Counted from the stretch's first letter, positions 11,847 to 21,950 are shown. The stretch is DNA of 53,543 nucleotides from Hellea sp. (GCA_018645985.1 JABGVR010000180.1:1-53543); one strand, 5' to 3'. Program-made: numbers and translations. Notes: generated by a model not told the origin, from the letters alone.

Positions 11847-12424
11847 TTTTCTAATTCCACGTCCCAATATAAATAATCCGCCCAAGTTGTATGTAAATAG
11901 TTAGGAGGAAACTTTCTTCCTTTTGCTTGTAGCTGATGAATGGAGGGCTGGAAAGGTTTTAATTTTGGTGCCATTCCAGCTTCATCTGGCAAACGCCCCC
12001 CTTTTTTAAAATTACATCTAGTACAAGCCGCAACTATATTTTCCCAAGTGGTTTTACCCCCCAATCTTCTTGGAATAAGGTGATCAAAAGTTAACTCTTC
12101 AGCATTGGCGCAATAAACGCACTTAAACCCATCGCGTAAAAATAGGTTAAATTTAGTAAAAGCAGGGGCTCTATCTTGAGAAACATAATCTTTTAAAGAA
12201 ACAACCGAAGGCGCCATCATTTTATAATTTGCAGATCTGATAACTTTGTTATAATTATCAACGACATTAACTCTGTCAAGAAAAACTGCTTTAACTGCGT
12301 CCTGCCAGGGCCAAAGAGATAATGGCAAGTAACTTAATGGCTGATAATCGGCATTCAAAACAAGGCAGGGGTAATCGCTGAGATTAATAGCTGACGTAAC
12401 GCCTTCTTTATCGACATAACCCAC
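11843..12424 (-). CDS. HNH endonuclease, conserved alphaproteobacterial type
   Basis: LVLNADYQPLSY.PLSLW; CVYC, TFDHLIP, CTRCNFKKG. Confidence 0.92.
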   Translation of the reverse strand: MGYVDKEGVTSAINLSDYPCLVLNADYQPLSYLPLSLWPWQDAVKAVFLDRVNVVDNYNKVIRSANYKMMAPSVVSLKDYVSQDRAPAFTKFNLFLRDGFKCVYCANAEELTFDHLIPRRLGGKTTWENIVAACTRCNFKKGGRLPDEAGMAPKLKPFQPSIHQLQAKGRKFPPNYLHTTWADYLYWDVELEK

Positions 12425-12565
12425 CTAATCAAACTCGGTGTAAGAAAAGCAAGTAATTTGGAAATATCTGAAAACTCTTCTCCAAAGCAATTAATTAAAC
12501 ACATTAAACTTATTTAATAAATTTTATCAAGTCATGGCTAAGAAAAAATTTAGTACATTAAGGAT

Positions 12566-12642
12566 TGGTAGTGAGAGTGAGACTTGAACTCACGACCTCA
12601 GGATTATGAGTCCTGCGCTCTAACCAGCTGAGCTACCCCACC
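12566..12642 (-). tRNA. tRNA-Met(CAT), probably elongator
   Basis: GGTGGGGTAGCTCAGCTGGTTAGAGC...CT-CAT-AA...GTTCAAGTC...ACCA, 77-nt cloverleaf, paired 1:72. Confidence 0.93.
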
Positions 12643-12661
12643 ATTCACTTGAGAAGCCGCC

Positions 12662-12690
12662 ATTTAAGGGAAATTAACATTCATTACAAG
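12662..12690 (-). promoter_or_regulatory. Putative sigma70 promoter of the tRNA-Met
   Basis: CTTGTA-N17-TTAAAT followed by GC-rich GGCGGC. Confidence 0.45.
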
Positions 12691-12921
12691 TCTCTTTATA
12701 ATTATAAACAGAATAAATATAGTTGTGTACAGAATAAATAATAGAAGACCCCAAAACAGTTCTTTTCTGTACTAAAAATCACAGAATTAAAAGTGAGCTA
12801 TGTTACACTTAATAATAAATTGATATATTAAGCATACTCATACCTCATAATATAAAATTATGTCTTGAATTTATAGTATTAACGCATATTTTTCTATTAT
12901 TGACACATTAGAGAGACTATT

Positions 12922-13416
12922 ATGCCCATACAAATTGATGGTATCGATGCCAAAATATTAAATATAATTCAAAAAGATGCTTCTATTTCCGTTGCGGATA
13001 TAGCAGATGAAGTTGGTTTATCTTCGTCTCCCTGCTGGAGAAGAATAAAACGAATGGAAGAATTAGGTATTATAAAAAATAGAGTTACTATTCTTGACAG
13101 AACCAAGCTAGGTCTTGATTTTGAAGTTTTCGTTGCTGTGAAGTTAGCTCTCCCAAATAGGGAAAACATGGAAAAGCTTGAAAGAGCAGTGGCTAACATG
13201 CCAGAAGTTGTTCAATGCGCCTCAGTTACTGGAGCAGTTGATTTTATGCTTCGCGTTGTAACAAAAGATATGCATTGCTATGAAGACTTTCTACGTGAAG
13301 TTCTTTTGTCAATTGATCTAATCTCAGATGTTCAATCCCGTATAGTGCTTAGACAAACCAAAGAAAGCAATTCAATACCCTTAAACTTAATAAGCAATGC
13401 AGTACCAAGAGTTTAA
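12922..13416 (+). CDS. Lrp/AsnC family transcriptional regulator
   Basis: D.KIL..IQ.DA, VGLSSSPCWRRIKRME, VTG..DF. Confidence 0.95.
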   Translation: MPIQIDGIDAKILNIIQKDASISVADIADEVGLSSSPCWRRIKRMEELGIIKNRVTILDRTKLGLDFEVFVAVKLALPNRENMEKLERAVANMPEVVQCASVTGAVDFMLRVVTKDMHCYEDFLREVLLSIDLISDVQSRIVLRQTKESNSIPLNLISNAVPRV

Positions 13417-13432
13417 TGACAAAATGCAAATA

Positions 13433-14017
13433 TTAAATTATTTCCATATAACCATCGAGTTGGCTTTGATTATTTATATTAACAAAGCAATCACCTTTAG
13501 GCCAACTAACTAATTTCGCCCCAGCCATTATAGCTAATTTATTTAATGAGATAGAATCATTAAATGATAAATTATTAAAAATTAAATCAAGGTCTTCCAT
13601 TCGCCACCATCCATGAGCAGGGTGTTGCTGTAATCCAACTGCAGATATATTAGAAGTTGAAGCAGAGTAAATTTTTTCTAAGAAATTCGCAGGGGGGTTA
13701 GGAACATCAATCGCTAAAGTATAAAAGCCTTTCACGCACGAACTACTTTTATCTTTAAAGAACTTCCAAGTTGAATATATTCCGCCCACAGGCCCCAACG
13801 GGCCACTTAAATCATCTGATATAACTAATGCCTTCAATCCATAATCGTGATGACCTGAGATAATAAGTGGATTGGTTTTATATTGAATATTTTGAAGAAT
13901 AATATCGATCATCCGCTTACCACCAATTAATATTTGGCCTTTGTCCCTTCGATTGAAACGAACGGCTGAACCCCCAGCTAAGATGACTATAGGTTTAGAG
14001 TAAATGGGGATGTTCAT
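13433..14017 (-). CDS. mobA: Molybdenum cofactor guanylyltransferase-like protein
   Basis: VILAGG.A.RF...DKG, GPVGG, FVNIN. Confidence 0.8.
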   Translation of the reverse strand: MNIPIYSKPIVILAGGSAVRFNRRDKGQILIGGKRMIDIILQNIQYKTNPLIISGHHDYGLKALVISDDLSGPLGPVGGIYSTWKFFKDKSSSCVKGFYTLAIDVPNPPANFLEKIYSASTSNISAVGLQQHPAHGWWRMEDLDLIFNNLSFNDSISLNKLAIMAGAKLVSWPKGDCFVNINNQSQLDGYMEII

Positions 14018-14071
14018 GGGACTTCACGATAACTATTAGGCTAGCTTTTGCAATGAATATAGTAATTAAGT

Positions 14072-14166
14072 GGAAGGTTATACCTGACCCAACAAGGACT
14101 TATATTCGGCTGCTTCGTTCCCGACCTGACCGGGTTAACAAGAATGTCGTCCAAGATAACCTTCCG
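14072..14166 (-). ncRNA. ffs: Signal recognition particle RNA (small bacterial SRP)
   Basis: GGTCAGGTCGGGAACGAAGCAGCC domain IV; terminal GGAAGGTTAT/ATAACCTTCC stem. Confidence 0.93.
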
Positions 14167-14173
14167 GGGAGCT

Positions 14174-14202
14174 AGTTACGTAAATTATCGCTCTCATGCA
14201 AG
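14174..14202 (-). promoter_or_regulatory. Putative sigma70 promoter of ffs
   Basis: CTTGCA-N17-GTAACT about 7 nt before the RNA 5' end. Confidence 0.45.
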
Positions 14203-14274
14203 AGGCTAAAAAAATAAACTATTTAAATTCATCAAAAACATTTACTAATGCTTACATTGAACTAAAGAGACAAA

Positions 14275-15183
14275 ATGATGAAATCTCAAAATAAAAACAA
14301 AACTTTCATTATGCCATTTTCAGGAGATGAACTTGATCATGCAGAATCAAGACGCACACCAGAAGAATTAGAATTTTTTATAAAGCAAGATAATGCCCAA
14401 TGCTTATGCATTTATAATGGGTCCGTCGCCATTAACAGTGCTGGAGGCTTAAAGCTTATACATCCATCAAAGCTTATAGGTAAAAAGATAAATGACCCAG
14501 GACCAATTTTTCTTGGTATTAGAAATAATACACCTATATTTTCAGCATCTTTGGTGGAACCTGGTGAAATAAAAGAAGATCTAACCTTTGAAGACTTAAG
14601 AAAAGCATCCAAGTTTTTAAGTCCTCAGGAAATGTCAGTTGCTGGCAGAGCAAAATCTCTTTTGGACTGGCACATAAATAATAGATTTTGTTCTAAGTGC
14701 GGACAAATAACACAACCCAGCAGTGGGGGTATCAAACGTGAATGCAATAGGTGTAGTACAGAGCACTTCCCTCGAGTTAATCCAGTAGTAATTATGCTCA
14801 TAATATCAAACAATAAAGTTTTACTTGGAAGAGGTAAAGGTTGGCCAGAGGGTGCAATGTCAGCTCTAGCAGGCTTTATATCACCAGGTGAAACAATCGA
14901 AGAGGCTGTAAAAAGGGAAACCTATGAGGAAGTAGGCATTAAAATAAAAAACGCGAAGTATATATTTAGCCAACCCTGGCCTTGGCCTTCACAGCTAATG
15001 ATTGGTATGATTTGTGAAGCGGAAAGTGAAGACCTGAATATAAATACAGATGAAATTGAAGAAGCTAAATGGTTTAAAAAAGATCAAGTTAAAGCTGTTT
15101 ACGACAACTCAGGCGATCATTTTCTTAGATTGCCTAAATTTACTATAGCCCATCATTTATTAAGGAATTGGATTGATAGTTAA
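14275..15183 (+). CDS. nudC: NAD(+)/NADH diphosphatase NudC
   Basis: FCSKCG..CNRC zinc ribbon, Nudix box, SQPWPWP. Confidence 0.95.
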   Translation: MMKSQNKNKTFIMPFSGDELDHAESRRTPEELEFFIKQDNAQCLCIYNGSVAINSAGGLKLIHPSKLIGKKINDPGPIFLGIRNNTPIFSASLVEPGEIKEDLTFEDLRKASKFLSPQEMSVAGRAKSLLDWHINNRFCSKCGQITQPSSGGIKRECNRCSTEHFPRVNPVVIMLIISNNKVLLGRGKGWPEGAMSALAGFISPGETIEEAVKRETYEEVGIKIKNAKYIFSQPWPWPSQLMIGMICEAESEDLNINTDEIEEAKWFKKDQVKAVYDNSGDHFLRLPKFTIAHHLLRNWIDS

Positions 15184-15245
15184 GATAAAATTTCTGAGTT
15201 ACCGAGGTATAAATAGTAGAGCGAAATAATCACCAAATTAGGTTC

Positions 15246-16085
15246 TTATAATTTCATACGTGATTCATGCGCAGTGTAAGTACCCAATATTTTAATTGAC
15301 TCAGTATAAAAACTAAGTTCCTCGAGAGCATGCGCCATTCCTTTTTCTTCAGGGTGCCCTTCAACATCAACATAAAATTGTGCAGCTTGAAAAGAACCTC
15401 CAATCATGTAGCTTTCAAGCTTTGTGATATTAATATTATTAGTAGCAAAACCACCCAAAGCCTTATATAGCGCTGAAGGAACGGAACGAACTTTGAAAAC
15501 AAAGCTTGTTACCCAAGGCCCTCTAACTACGTCTGCCTTTAAAGGCTGGCTAGCTAGTATTAAAAATCGTGTTGTATTATGGCTCTCATCCTGAATATCT
15601 TTTTCTATGATATCCAAACCATAGATACTTGCTGCAAGCGATGACGCAATGGCGGATATAGATTTATCTTTCAATTGAGCAACAGCACGCGCCGCTCCTG
15701 CTGTATCAACATCTGCTAAAGGTAAAATATTCATTTTAGCTAGGTTTTTTCGAACTTGCCCTAATGCCATAGGGTGTGACCGCGCCGTCTTAATTGTTTC
15801 AATTGTTGCTCCAGAAATACCTAGTAATTGATGATGCACAGGTAAGTATAGCTCCCCAATAATGTATAAGCCGCCCTCAGGTAGTAAATGATATATGTCG
15901 GAAACTCTGCCCGCCACCGTATTTTCTACAGGTATCATGGCTAGCTTCGCATCTCCTGATCTAACCGCATTGAAAGCTGAGGCAAAGCTTGTACAGGGGT
16001 TTGGAGTAAGATCTGGATATTCCATCTGGCAAGCTAAGTGTGAAAAAGCTCCGGGCTCTCCTTGATAGACTATGATATCTGTCAT
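15246..16085 (-). CDS. pheA: Prephenate dehydratase
   Basis: YQGEPGAFS, PVEN, SHP.ALGQ, NTTRF, ACT domain TKLES. Confidence 0.95.
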   Translation of the reverse strand: MTDIIVYQGEPGAFSHLACQMEYPDLTPNPCTSFASAFNAVRSGDAKLAMIPVENTVAGRVSDIYHLLPEGGLYIIGELYLPVHHQLLGISGATIETIKTARSHPMALGQVRKNLAKMNILPLADVDTAGAARAVAQLKDKSISAIASSLAASIYGLDIIEKDIQDESHNTTRFLILASQPLKADVVRGPWVTSFVFKVRSVPSALYKALGGFATNNINITKLESYMIGGSFQAAQFYVDVEGHPEEKGMAHALEELSFYTESIKILGTYTAHESRMKL

Positions 16086-16214
16086 TGTTATAAAACTTTC
16101 CTTAAACGTTAATCTCTTAAAGCCTTTGCGACGCTTGGCCGCAAGCTATTTTCGGTTTGCATTTGAAGTATATACTTATAAAGGACAACAAATATTTATA
16201 TAAGTGTTTCATGT

Positions 16215-16868
16215 TTGAAACCAACCAAGGACTACGTAATGGATGAACTCGGATTTAATAAGATTGCTGGCGCTATATTGGCGACAGCTCTTGGAGTAAT
16301 GGTTCTACGAACAGCACCACACATATTTATTCATTCAGAAATGCCAAGCACGCCAGCTTACAGAGTAGGACCTCTTGAAGTAGCTTCAAAAGATGACGCT
16401 GAACCACTTCCCTTCCCACAGTTGGTGTGGGTAGACGCTATGGACTCAACACGTGGGTTGAAGGTTTTCAAAAAATGTACTTCATGTCACAATGCCGATA
16501 TTGATGGCGCTAATGGGACAGGACCTAACCTTTGGAATGTAGTAGGTTCAACTGCAGGAGTTAAAGATGGATTTAAGTATTCAAATGCACTTGTAACCTC
16601 CGGAAAAACTTGGACATATGAAGAATTAGACGGTTTTTTAGCAAAGCCTACAAAATATGTTTCAGGAACCAATATGAATTTTGTTGGTTTAAAGAAAGAA
16701 ACAGATAGGGCAGCAGTTATTGAATTACTACGTCTAGCTTCTGCATCTCCACTTTCAAAACCAACTCCTCAACTTGTTGAAAATGAATCTACTCCCGAAG
16801 CAGAAGTAACACCACAGAGCCTAAACCTAGAAACAAAAGAAAAAGATCATGGTGGTGAGGTACATTAG
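16215..16868 (+). CDS. cycM: Membrane-anchored cytochrome c (CycM/cytochrome cy type); likely start 16239
   Basis: FNKIAGAIL anchor, CTSCH, GPNLW, GTNM.F. Confidence 0.88.
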   Translation: MKPTKDYVMDELGFNKIAGAILATALGVMVLRTAPHIFIHSEMPSTPAYRVGPLEVASKDDAEPLPFPQLVWVDAMDSTRGLKVFKKCTSCHNADIDGANGTGPNLWNVVGSTAGVKDGFKYSNALVTSGKTWTYEELDGFLAKPTKYVSGTNMNFVGLKKETDRAAVIELLRLASASPLSKPTPQLVENESTPEAEVTPQSLNLETKEKDHGGEVH

Positions 16869-17710
16869 AGCCTTTTTACCGAGGTAATCGTCCCCCCTCC
16901 CCGCTCCAAGCTTCTATCAATGACAACGGATAGTGGCTCGATTGTGACAGACATGTAAAATGCGTTTGCATGAATAATATCAGTATTTGAAACCATAATA
17001 CCTACATGACCCTTCCAAAAAACTAGGTCACCTCTAGAAAAGTTATTTTTTTGTATTGGCAAAAATGACCCCAATTTTTTTTCCATCATATCGGTATCTC
17101 TTGGGCTGTCAGACCCAACTGCTCGCAAAGAGGATAAAACTAGTCCTGAGCAATCAAGACCAACTGTACTAATGCCTCCCCAGATATAAGGTAGTCCCAA
17201 ATGCTTCTCAGCAACACTCGTAAAATCTGAAACCTTTGGAGTATCGGATATTTTCATTACATGTGCACGATGAATATAATCGTCTCTTTCAGTTCTGATA
17301 AAATCATCTAAAATGTGTCCAGAGTAAATAAGGGACCCCATAGAGAGAGTCTTATTAATTGGACTTTTGATATTAGCGTCATCAAAGACAGGGGCCCTCA
17401 AAGCAGTAACAATATAATTTGCCTGTGTGGTAAATGTACCTAAATCATTTTTCGGAATAAAACCTACATATCCAGGGCACGTAGAGTTTTCATTTATTGC
17501 TGCAGCCTGACCATATGCGAAACCGTTTTTTATTTCATAAATTTTAAAATTATGACCAAAGAGTAACTCAGTATCTTTAGAGATGCGTGCTCTAGGCTCG
17601 CTGTATAAAGATGCAATCGGCGACACAACTGAACTTAAAGTAAAAGATTGATTATCAGTAAATATTAAATTGAAACGCGGATCTGGGGTGTTTTTTTTTC
17701 TAGGCGACAC
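16865..17710 (-). CDS. NlpC/P60 (C40) peptidase with SH3-like domains
   Basis: LGLPYIWGG, DCSGLV, GDLVFWKGHVG, IHAN. Confidence 0.92.
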   Translation of the reverse strand: MSPRKKNTPDPRFNLIFTDNQSFTLSSVVSPIASLYSEPRARISKDTELLFGHNFKIYEIKNGFAYGQAAAINENSTCPGYVGFIPKNDLGTFTTQANYIVTALRAPVFDDANIKSPINKTLSMGSLIYSGHILDDFIRTERDDYIHRAHVMKISDTPKVSDFTSVAEKHLGLPYIWGGISTVGLDCSGLVLSSLRAVGSDSPRDTDMMEKKLGSFLPIQKNNFSRGDLVFWKGHVGIMVSNTDIIHANAFYMSVTIEPLSVVIDRSLERGGGTITSVKRL

Positions 17711-18123
17711 TAAGCAGCCGCTGAAGAGAAGTTATTCGATTTTATCTCAGATTGTATTATATCTGCAAAATGCTGAAGATATAATATACCGCCAGATGTA
17801 CGCATCACAATTATAGAGCGTCGATCTCTTGGATCTGGCGCCCTTTTAACAAATCCATATTTAGTTAAAGTGTCTAATGCACGCGATATAACTGCTTTAG
17901 TGACATTTAATTTTTCTGATAGAGATTTCACTGTTTGGTTTGAATTATCCAGGTAAATTGTCATTAACACAGAAAGCTGGCGAGATGATAAGTCTGGTCC
18001 ATTCGACAAAACTGTTTCCAAAGTGACCCTGTGCCAAATAGCTAAAGCATCACTTCGTTTTGCTTTAGCTATAGGTGCCAAACTTTGCATTTTTTTGATG
18101 TGCCCTTCTTTAAAACAAATCAC
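17710..18123 (-). CDS. MarR family transcriptional regulator; likely start 18090
   Basis: DLSSRQL, TKAVISRALD.L, DPRDRRS. Confidence 0.9.
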   Translation of the reverse strand: MICFKEGHIKKMQSLAPIAKAKRSDALAIWHRVTLETVLSNGPDLSSRQLSVLMTIYLDNSNQTVKSLSEKLNVTKAVISRALDTLTKYGFVKRAPDPRDRRSIIVMRTSGGILYLQHFADIIQSEIKSNNFSSAAA

Positions 18124-18305
18124 TCATTTACCAACGAATCGCACAAGAATGATTCTTTGGTCAAGAAAGAATTATTATGACAGCCTCAAAATTTTAATAA
18201 GCAACAGAAATACTTACATATTTTTTTAAATAAATAATGAATAGATTACAGAATTAGAGATAATTTATATTTAATATGGCACAATGAATATTAAATACAC
18301 TCAAT

Positions 18306-19718
18306 TTAAATTGATAAATTACTGTTTAGGCCGCCAGATTTTATCCAATGATACAAACTTCTAACTGCAAACATATCGCCGCCTTTTGGGTGACCTGGGT
18401 ATGATGTCGGACACCAGCCATAGACATCAAAATGCATCCAAGGTTGTGCATTAACAAACTTTTCCAGAAATAAAGCAGCAGTAATTGAACCCGCAAAACC
18501 GCCTCCAGCATTTTTCATATCAGCAATTGGGGAGATTAACATTTGATTATACTGTTGCCAGAGTGGCATATGCCACATGGGGTCTTTTTGTTTTTTTGAA
18601 TGCTCTAAAACTGAAGAAACCGGAGCCTCTCGATTGCAATAAAATGGTGGAAGAGTTGGGCCTAATGCCACGCGAGCAGCTCCTGTTAAAGTAGCAAAGT
18701 CCATAATTAAATTAGGTTCCAGTTCCGATGCTTTAGTCAATGCATCAGCCAAAACTAATCTTCCCTCAGCATCAGTGTTATCAATTTCGATTGTCAGCCC
18801 AGAACGGGAAGTTAATATATCCCCTGGTCTGTAAGCCCCAGCTGAAATTGAATTTTCTGCAATCGCAATTAAACAATGCAGTCTTACAGGAAGGTTATTG
18901 GCCATAATCATTTTTGAAAGAGCTAACGCATGAGCAGCTCCACCCATATCTTTCTTCATTATTTTTGCCCCTGCAGCACTTTTGATATTTAAGCCCCCTG
19001 TATCAAATGTGATGCCTTTACCAACTATGGCAAGGCGAGGGTGAGAAGTCTCACCCCATTCAAACTCTACTAACCTAGGTTCTTCATGCGCAGCTCTTCC
19101 AACAGCATGAACCATTGGATATTTTTCTGTAATTAAGTCTTTTCCTTTGGTTATTTTAATAGCTGCTCCATGAAGCTCAGCAATTTTTATAACAGTTTCA
19201 CCAAGAGCGTCGGGACCCATATCATTAGCGGGGGTATTGATTAAATTTCTACACAGATGGATGGCGTCAACTGTAGATCTTATTTCTTCTAATTTATCGT
19301 ATTGGTCTATTACTAGAGTTGGAAAAATAGTTTCGGTAGGTAAATATTCTTCAAACTTGTAAGCACCAGCTCCCCACCCAACAATTGCTAAATCTTGTTT
19401 CCAGTCCTTAGGTAGCAATGAAAACCTGTAAAACCCAGATGGGAGCGAAGCTGAAAGTCCTCCTGCACGCATAGCCCCAAGATCATCTGTGCTTTTTGAG
19501 CCTGCTCCAAATATTACAGATAAAATCTCACCATCAGAACTGGTTAAGCAAAGCTTTTGATCTGTTTTTGCCGAAAACTTTTGAATCTCAGAAAACTTAA
19601 TATGAGACTCTGATAAAGATAATTTGAATTGAGGCCATTCATTATCCCTTACCACATATATTGGAATTACATTTTCACTAGCTGTAATTTCTTCCTGCTT
19701 AACTAATATCGCTGACAT
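18306..19718 (-). CDS. Leucyl aminopeptidase (M17)
   Basis: VGKGITFDTGG, MKKDMGG, NTDAEGRL; ATG 19718 has GGAG upstream. Confidence 0.95.
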   Translation of the reverse strand: MSAILVKQEEITASENVIPIYVVRDNEWPQFKLSLSESHIKFSEIQKFSAKTDQKLCLTSSDGEILSVIFGAGSKSTDDLGAMRAGGLSASLPSGFYRFSLLPKDWKQDLAIVGWGAGAYKFEEYLPTETIFPTLVIDQYDKLEEIRSTVDAIHLCRNLINTPANDMGPDALGETVIKIAELHGAAIKITKGKDLITEKYPMVHAVGRAAHEEPRLVEFEWGETSHPRLAIVGKGITFDTGGLNIKSAAGAKIMKKDMGGAAHALALSKMIMANNLPVRLHCLIAIAENSISAGAYRPGDILTSRSGLTIEIDNTDAEGRLVLADALTKASELEPNLIMDFATLTGAARVALGPTLPPFYCNREAPVSSVLEHSKKQKDPMWHMPLWQQYNQMLISPIADMKNAGGGFAGSITAALFLEKFVNAQPWMHFDVYGWCPTSYPGHPKGGDMFAVRSLYHWIKSGGLNSNLSI

Positions 19719-19734
19719 TATATCTCCGTTCGAT

Positions 19735-21246
19735 TTATTTAGGTTTTTTTGACGGCTCAAGTAAGTTCTCAAGTCTCTGTGCCAGTCCATCAGGAATCAA
19801 TATTTCAAACTTTTCTTCTTGATGGTGCCCCTGCCCTTTATGAGTATTAGGCTTTTTGTCTATTGCTTGCTTCTTATCCATTATCACTGAATTTACTAAC
19901 TTAATCGGCAGTAATGTTTTTTGACCTTTTTCATACCTAGTATGCATAAGTTCTGCTTTTTTCCCAAACAAGTTTATGAGTCGTATCCATTCTTCTTTTG
20001 TATAATCAAAGGCAATTCCTTCAGAACTAATGTCAGACCAATTAGCATCCTTCGGAGCAGTAACTGCTTTTTGCAACCACTCTAAAGACCCTAAATTATT
20101 ATTATTTAATGCTTCAGCATTTGCTGCTAGTAAGCACACCCTTTCATTTACACCATCATTTGATAAATAGGGGGATAATAACTTGAGTGCATTATTACCA
20201 CTTCCTGAATGTAAAAGTTGTTCGACCTTAAACATCTGGGTTTCATAGTGTTTAGGGTTAGTTCTTATTAAGTCATCAAAATGCTTTTCTTTATTTTTTA
20301 TTTTTCCAATTTCTACAAGCTTACGGTAAATAATTGCATAAACTGGATGCGGGCCTTTTCTCCAAGATTTTTTAATAACATTAATAGCCTTCTTAAATTC
20401 CTTCCTTTCAATTAACAAATGCGAATAATTTACCACAGCAGGTGGAAAATTTGACGCAAATTTGAAGCTCTCAGCTGCAGTATTAAGAGCCTCATCCACT
20501 TGATTTAACTTACTCAACCTTACTGTTTCAGCTGAAAACAAGGCTGCTCGATATCGATAAATAGCTTTAAGGTCGAAATGTTTACTTAACTCCACCTCAG
20601 TCAACGTTTCTAGTGCTTTAGACCAGTCTGCCTCGAGTACATGTGATTGGAATATTATGTGATATGCCCAGTAGGATTTCTTATTTTTATTAATGGCATC
20701 TTTAGCGTGCTTAATTGCCTTTGGATAATCAGAGGTAGCAAAAAATTGTTCTGCGAGACCACGTTGCGCCATAGCTAAATAGTCACGGTCCGAAAGCATA
20801 GCTTTATAGTGGCTAATCGCGTCCTCACTGTCACCACACGCCTCTGCCGATTTAGCGTTTATAAAGTAAGTTAGCCCCTTTGGCATTAAAGCACTGCCTG
20901 ACTTTTTTGTATTCTTTCTTACAGTTGTTATATTTCCTTCAGCCACAGCAACCAACATTGCTCTAAAAGAGTTAATTTGACTCCCTTTATCCAAACTCTC
21001 CAACCGTTGACTGTTTAGTAATAATTTTCGAATATTCAGAATAATTGAAAATAATAATGCTAAAAAGGCAAAACCGGCAAAAAATATGCCCGTCGCAGCC
21101 TCTGGTGAAATCGATATATATTGAAATACTGGTGGCCCCTCATTAACCGGCATTTGAAAAATAAGTTTTGGAAATCCATCTAAAATCAAAAATGTAGCTG
21201 ACAAAACCGATAAGAGGATAGTAACAATATTCAAATACCTAATCAT
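19735..21246 (-). CDS. hemY: HemY-like TPR membrane protein
   Basis: Two N-terminal TMs, A.AEG, TPR-like helices, W...PHP, A..AP.D..W; follows hemD. Confidence 0.75.
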   Translation of the reverse strand: MIRYLNIVTILLSVLSATFLILDGFPKLIFQMPVNEGPPVFQYISISPEAATGIFFAGFAFLALLFSIILNIRKLLLNSQRLESLDKGSQINSFRAMLVAVAEGNITTVRKNTKKSGSALMPKGLTYFINAKSAEACGDSEDAISHYKAMLSDRDYLAMAQRGLAEQFFATSDYPKAIKHAKDAINKNKKSYWAYHIIFQSHVLEADWSKALETLTEVELSKHFDLKAIYRYRAALFSAETVRLSKLNQVDEALNTAAESFKFASNFPPAVVNYSHLLIERKEFKKAINVIKKSWRKGPHPVYAIIYRKLVEIGKIKNKEKHFDDLIRTNPKHYETQMFKVEQLLHSGSGNNALKLLSPYLSNDGVNERVCLLAANAEALNNNNLGSLEWLQKAVTAPKDANWSDISSEGIAFDYTKEEWIRLINLFGKKAELMHTRYEKGQKTLLPIKLVNSVIMDKKQAIDKKPNTHKGQGHHQEEKFEILIPDGLAQRLENLLEPSKKPK

Positions 21247-21943
21247 TCATCACCTCTAAGTTCTTAACCAAGTCTATTATTGCCATTTCATTAGGTTCTT
21301 TTGAAACTTTGTGTCTCACACCTTTCAGAGTTCCCAAAGCATCTTTTGTAGCCTTGCTAATAGAGATAACTGTAACCCCTAAAAGGTTAAATTGGTATTT
21401 AACAAGCGTTCTTGCCGCCAAGGGGGAATATAAAATTAAATAATCTATCTCATTAACATTAATTGAAGGCTTAACCTTAATTGGAGTAGAGTTATAGTAA
21501 ACTAGTCTCTCAGCATTATACCCCTTTTGTAGTAAATCTTTGACAATGGAACCTTGTAAATTATTACCGCCGCAATGATAGATATTATTATCTTTACTGA
21601 AGTTATTTAAAATTAAATTAGCAACATCTCTAGAGTCACCGTTTGCAGTTAACGGGTACTCAAATCCAAATTTTCTTGCTAAACGTTGTGTCTCTTTACC
21701 AACAGTGACAACACTCCAGTCTCTTTCTGTTGTCTTTTCAGAAAAAGCTCTAACCCCGTTACCTGAAGTAAAGACTAGTATCCCCTTTTTTAGAGGTAAA
21801 TTTGGCTCTTCAGAAGGTTTCGATATTTCCAATAGTGGAAAGGTGAGCGGATTAAATCCTGCATACGACCAGTTTTTTGAACTTCTATCCGCAGCTGGAA
21901 GCGATCGAGTCACCCAAACTGTTGGCTTTGGTCTGCTTAACAT
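21239..21943 (-). CDS. hemD: Uroporphyrinogen-III synthase
   Basis: VWVTR, PLLEI, FTSGNGV, VG..T, YSP; follows hemC. Confidence 0.9.
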   Translation of the reverse strand: MLSRPKPTVWVTRSLPAADRSSKNWSYAGFNPLTFPLLEISKPSEEPNLPLKKGILVFTSGNGVRAFSEKTTERDWSVVTVGKETQRLARKFGFEYPLTANGDSRDVANLILNNFSKDNNIYHCGGNNLQGSIVKDLLQKGYNAERLVYYNSTPIKVKPSINVNEIDYLILYSPLAARTLVKYQFNLLGVTVISISKATKDALGTLKGVRHKVSKEPNEMAIIDLVKNLEVMND

Positions 21944-21950
21944 TTCTTTT

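Noticed and set aside
11843-12642. HNH gene beside a tRNA as a homing or integrative element
   Set aside because: It matches the conserved chromosomal alphaproteobacterial HNH type; no integrase and no duplicated tRNA 3' end were seen.
12566-12642. tRNA as a pseudogene because of three G-U pairs in the acceptor stem
   Set aside because: All arms pair, and CCA and a promoter-like element are present, which is consistent with AT drift in a functional tRNA.
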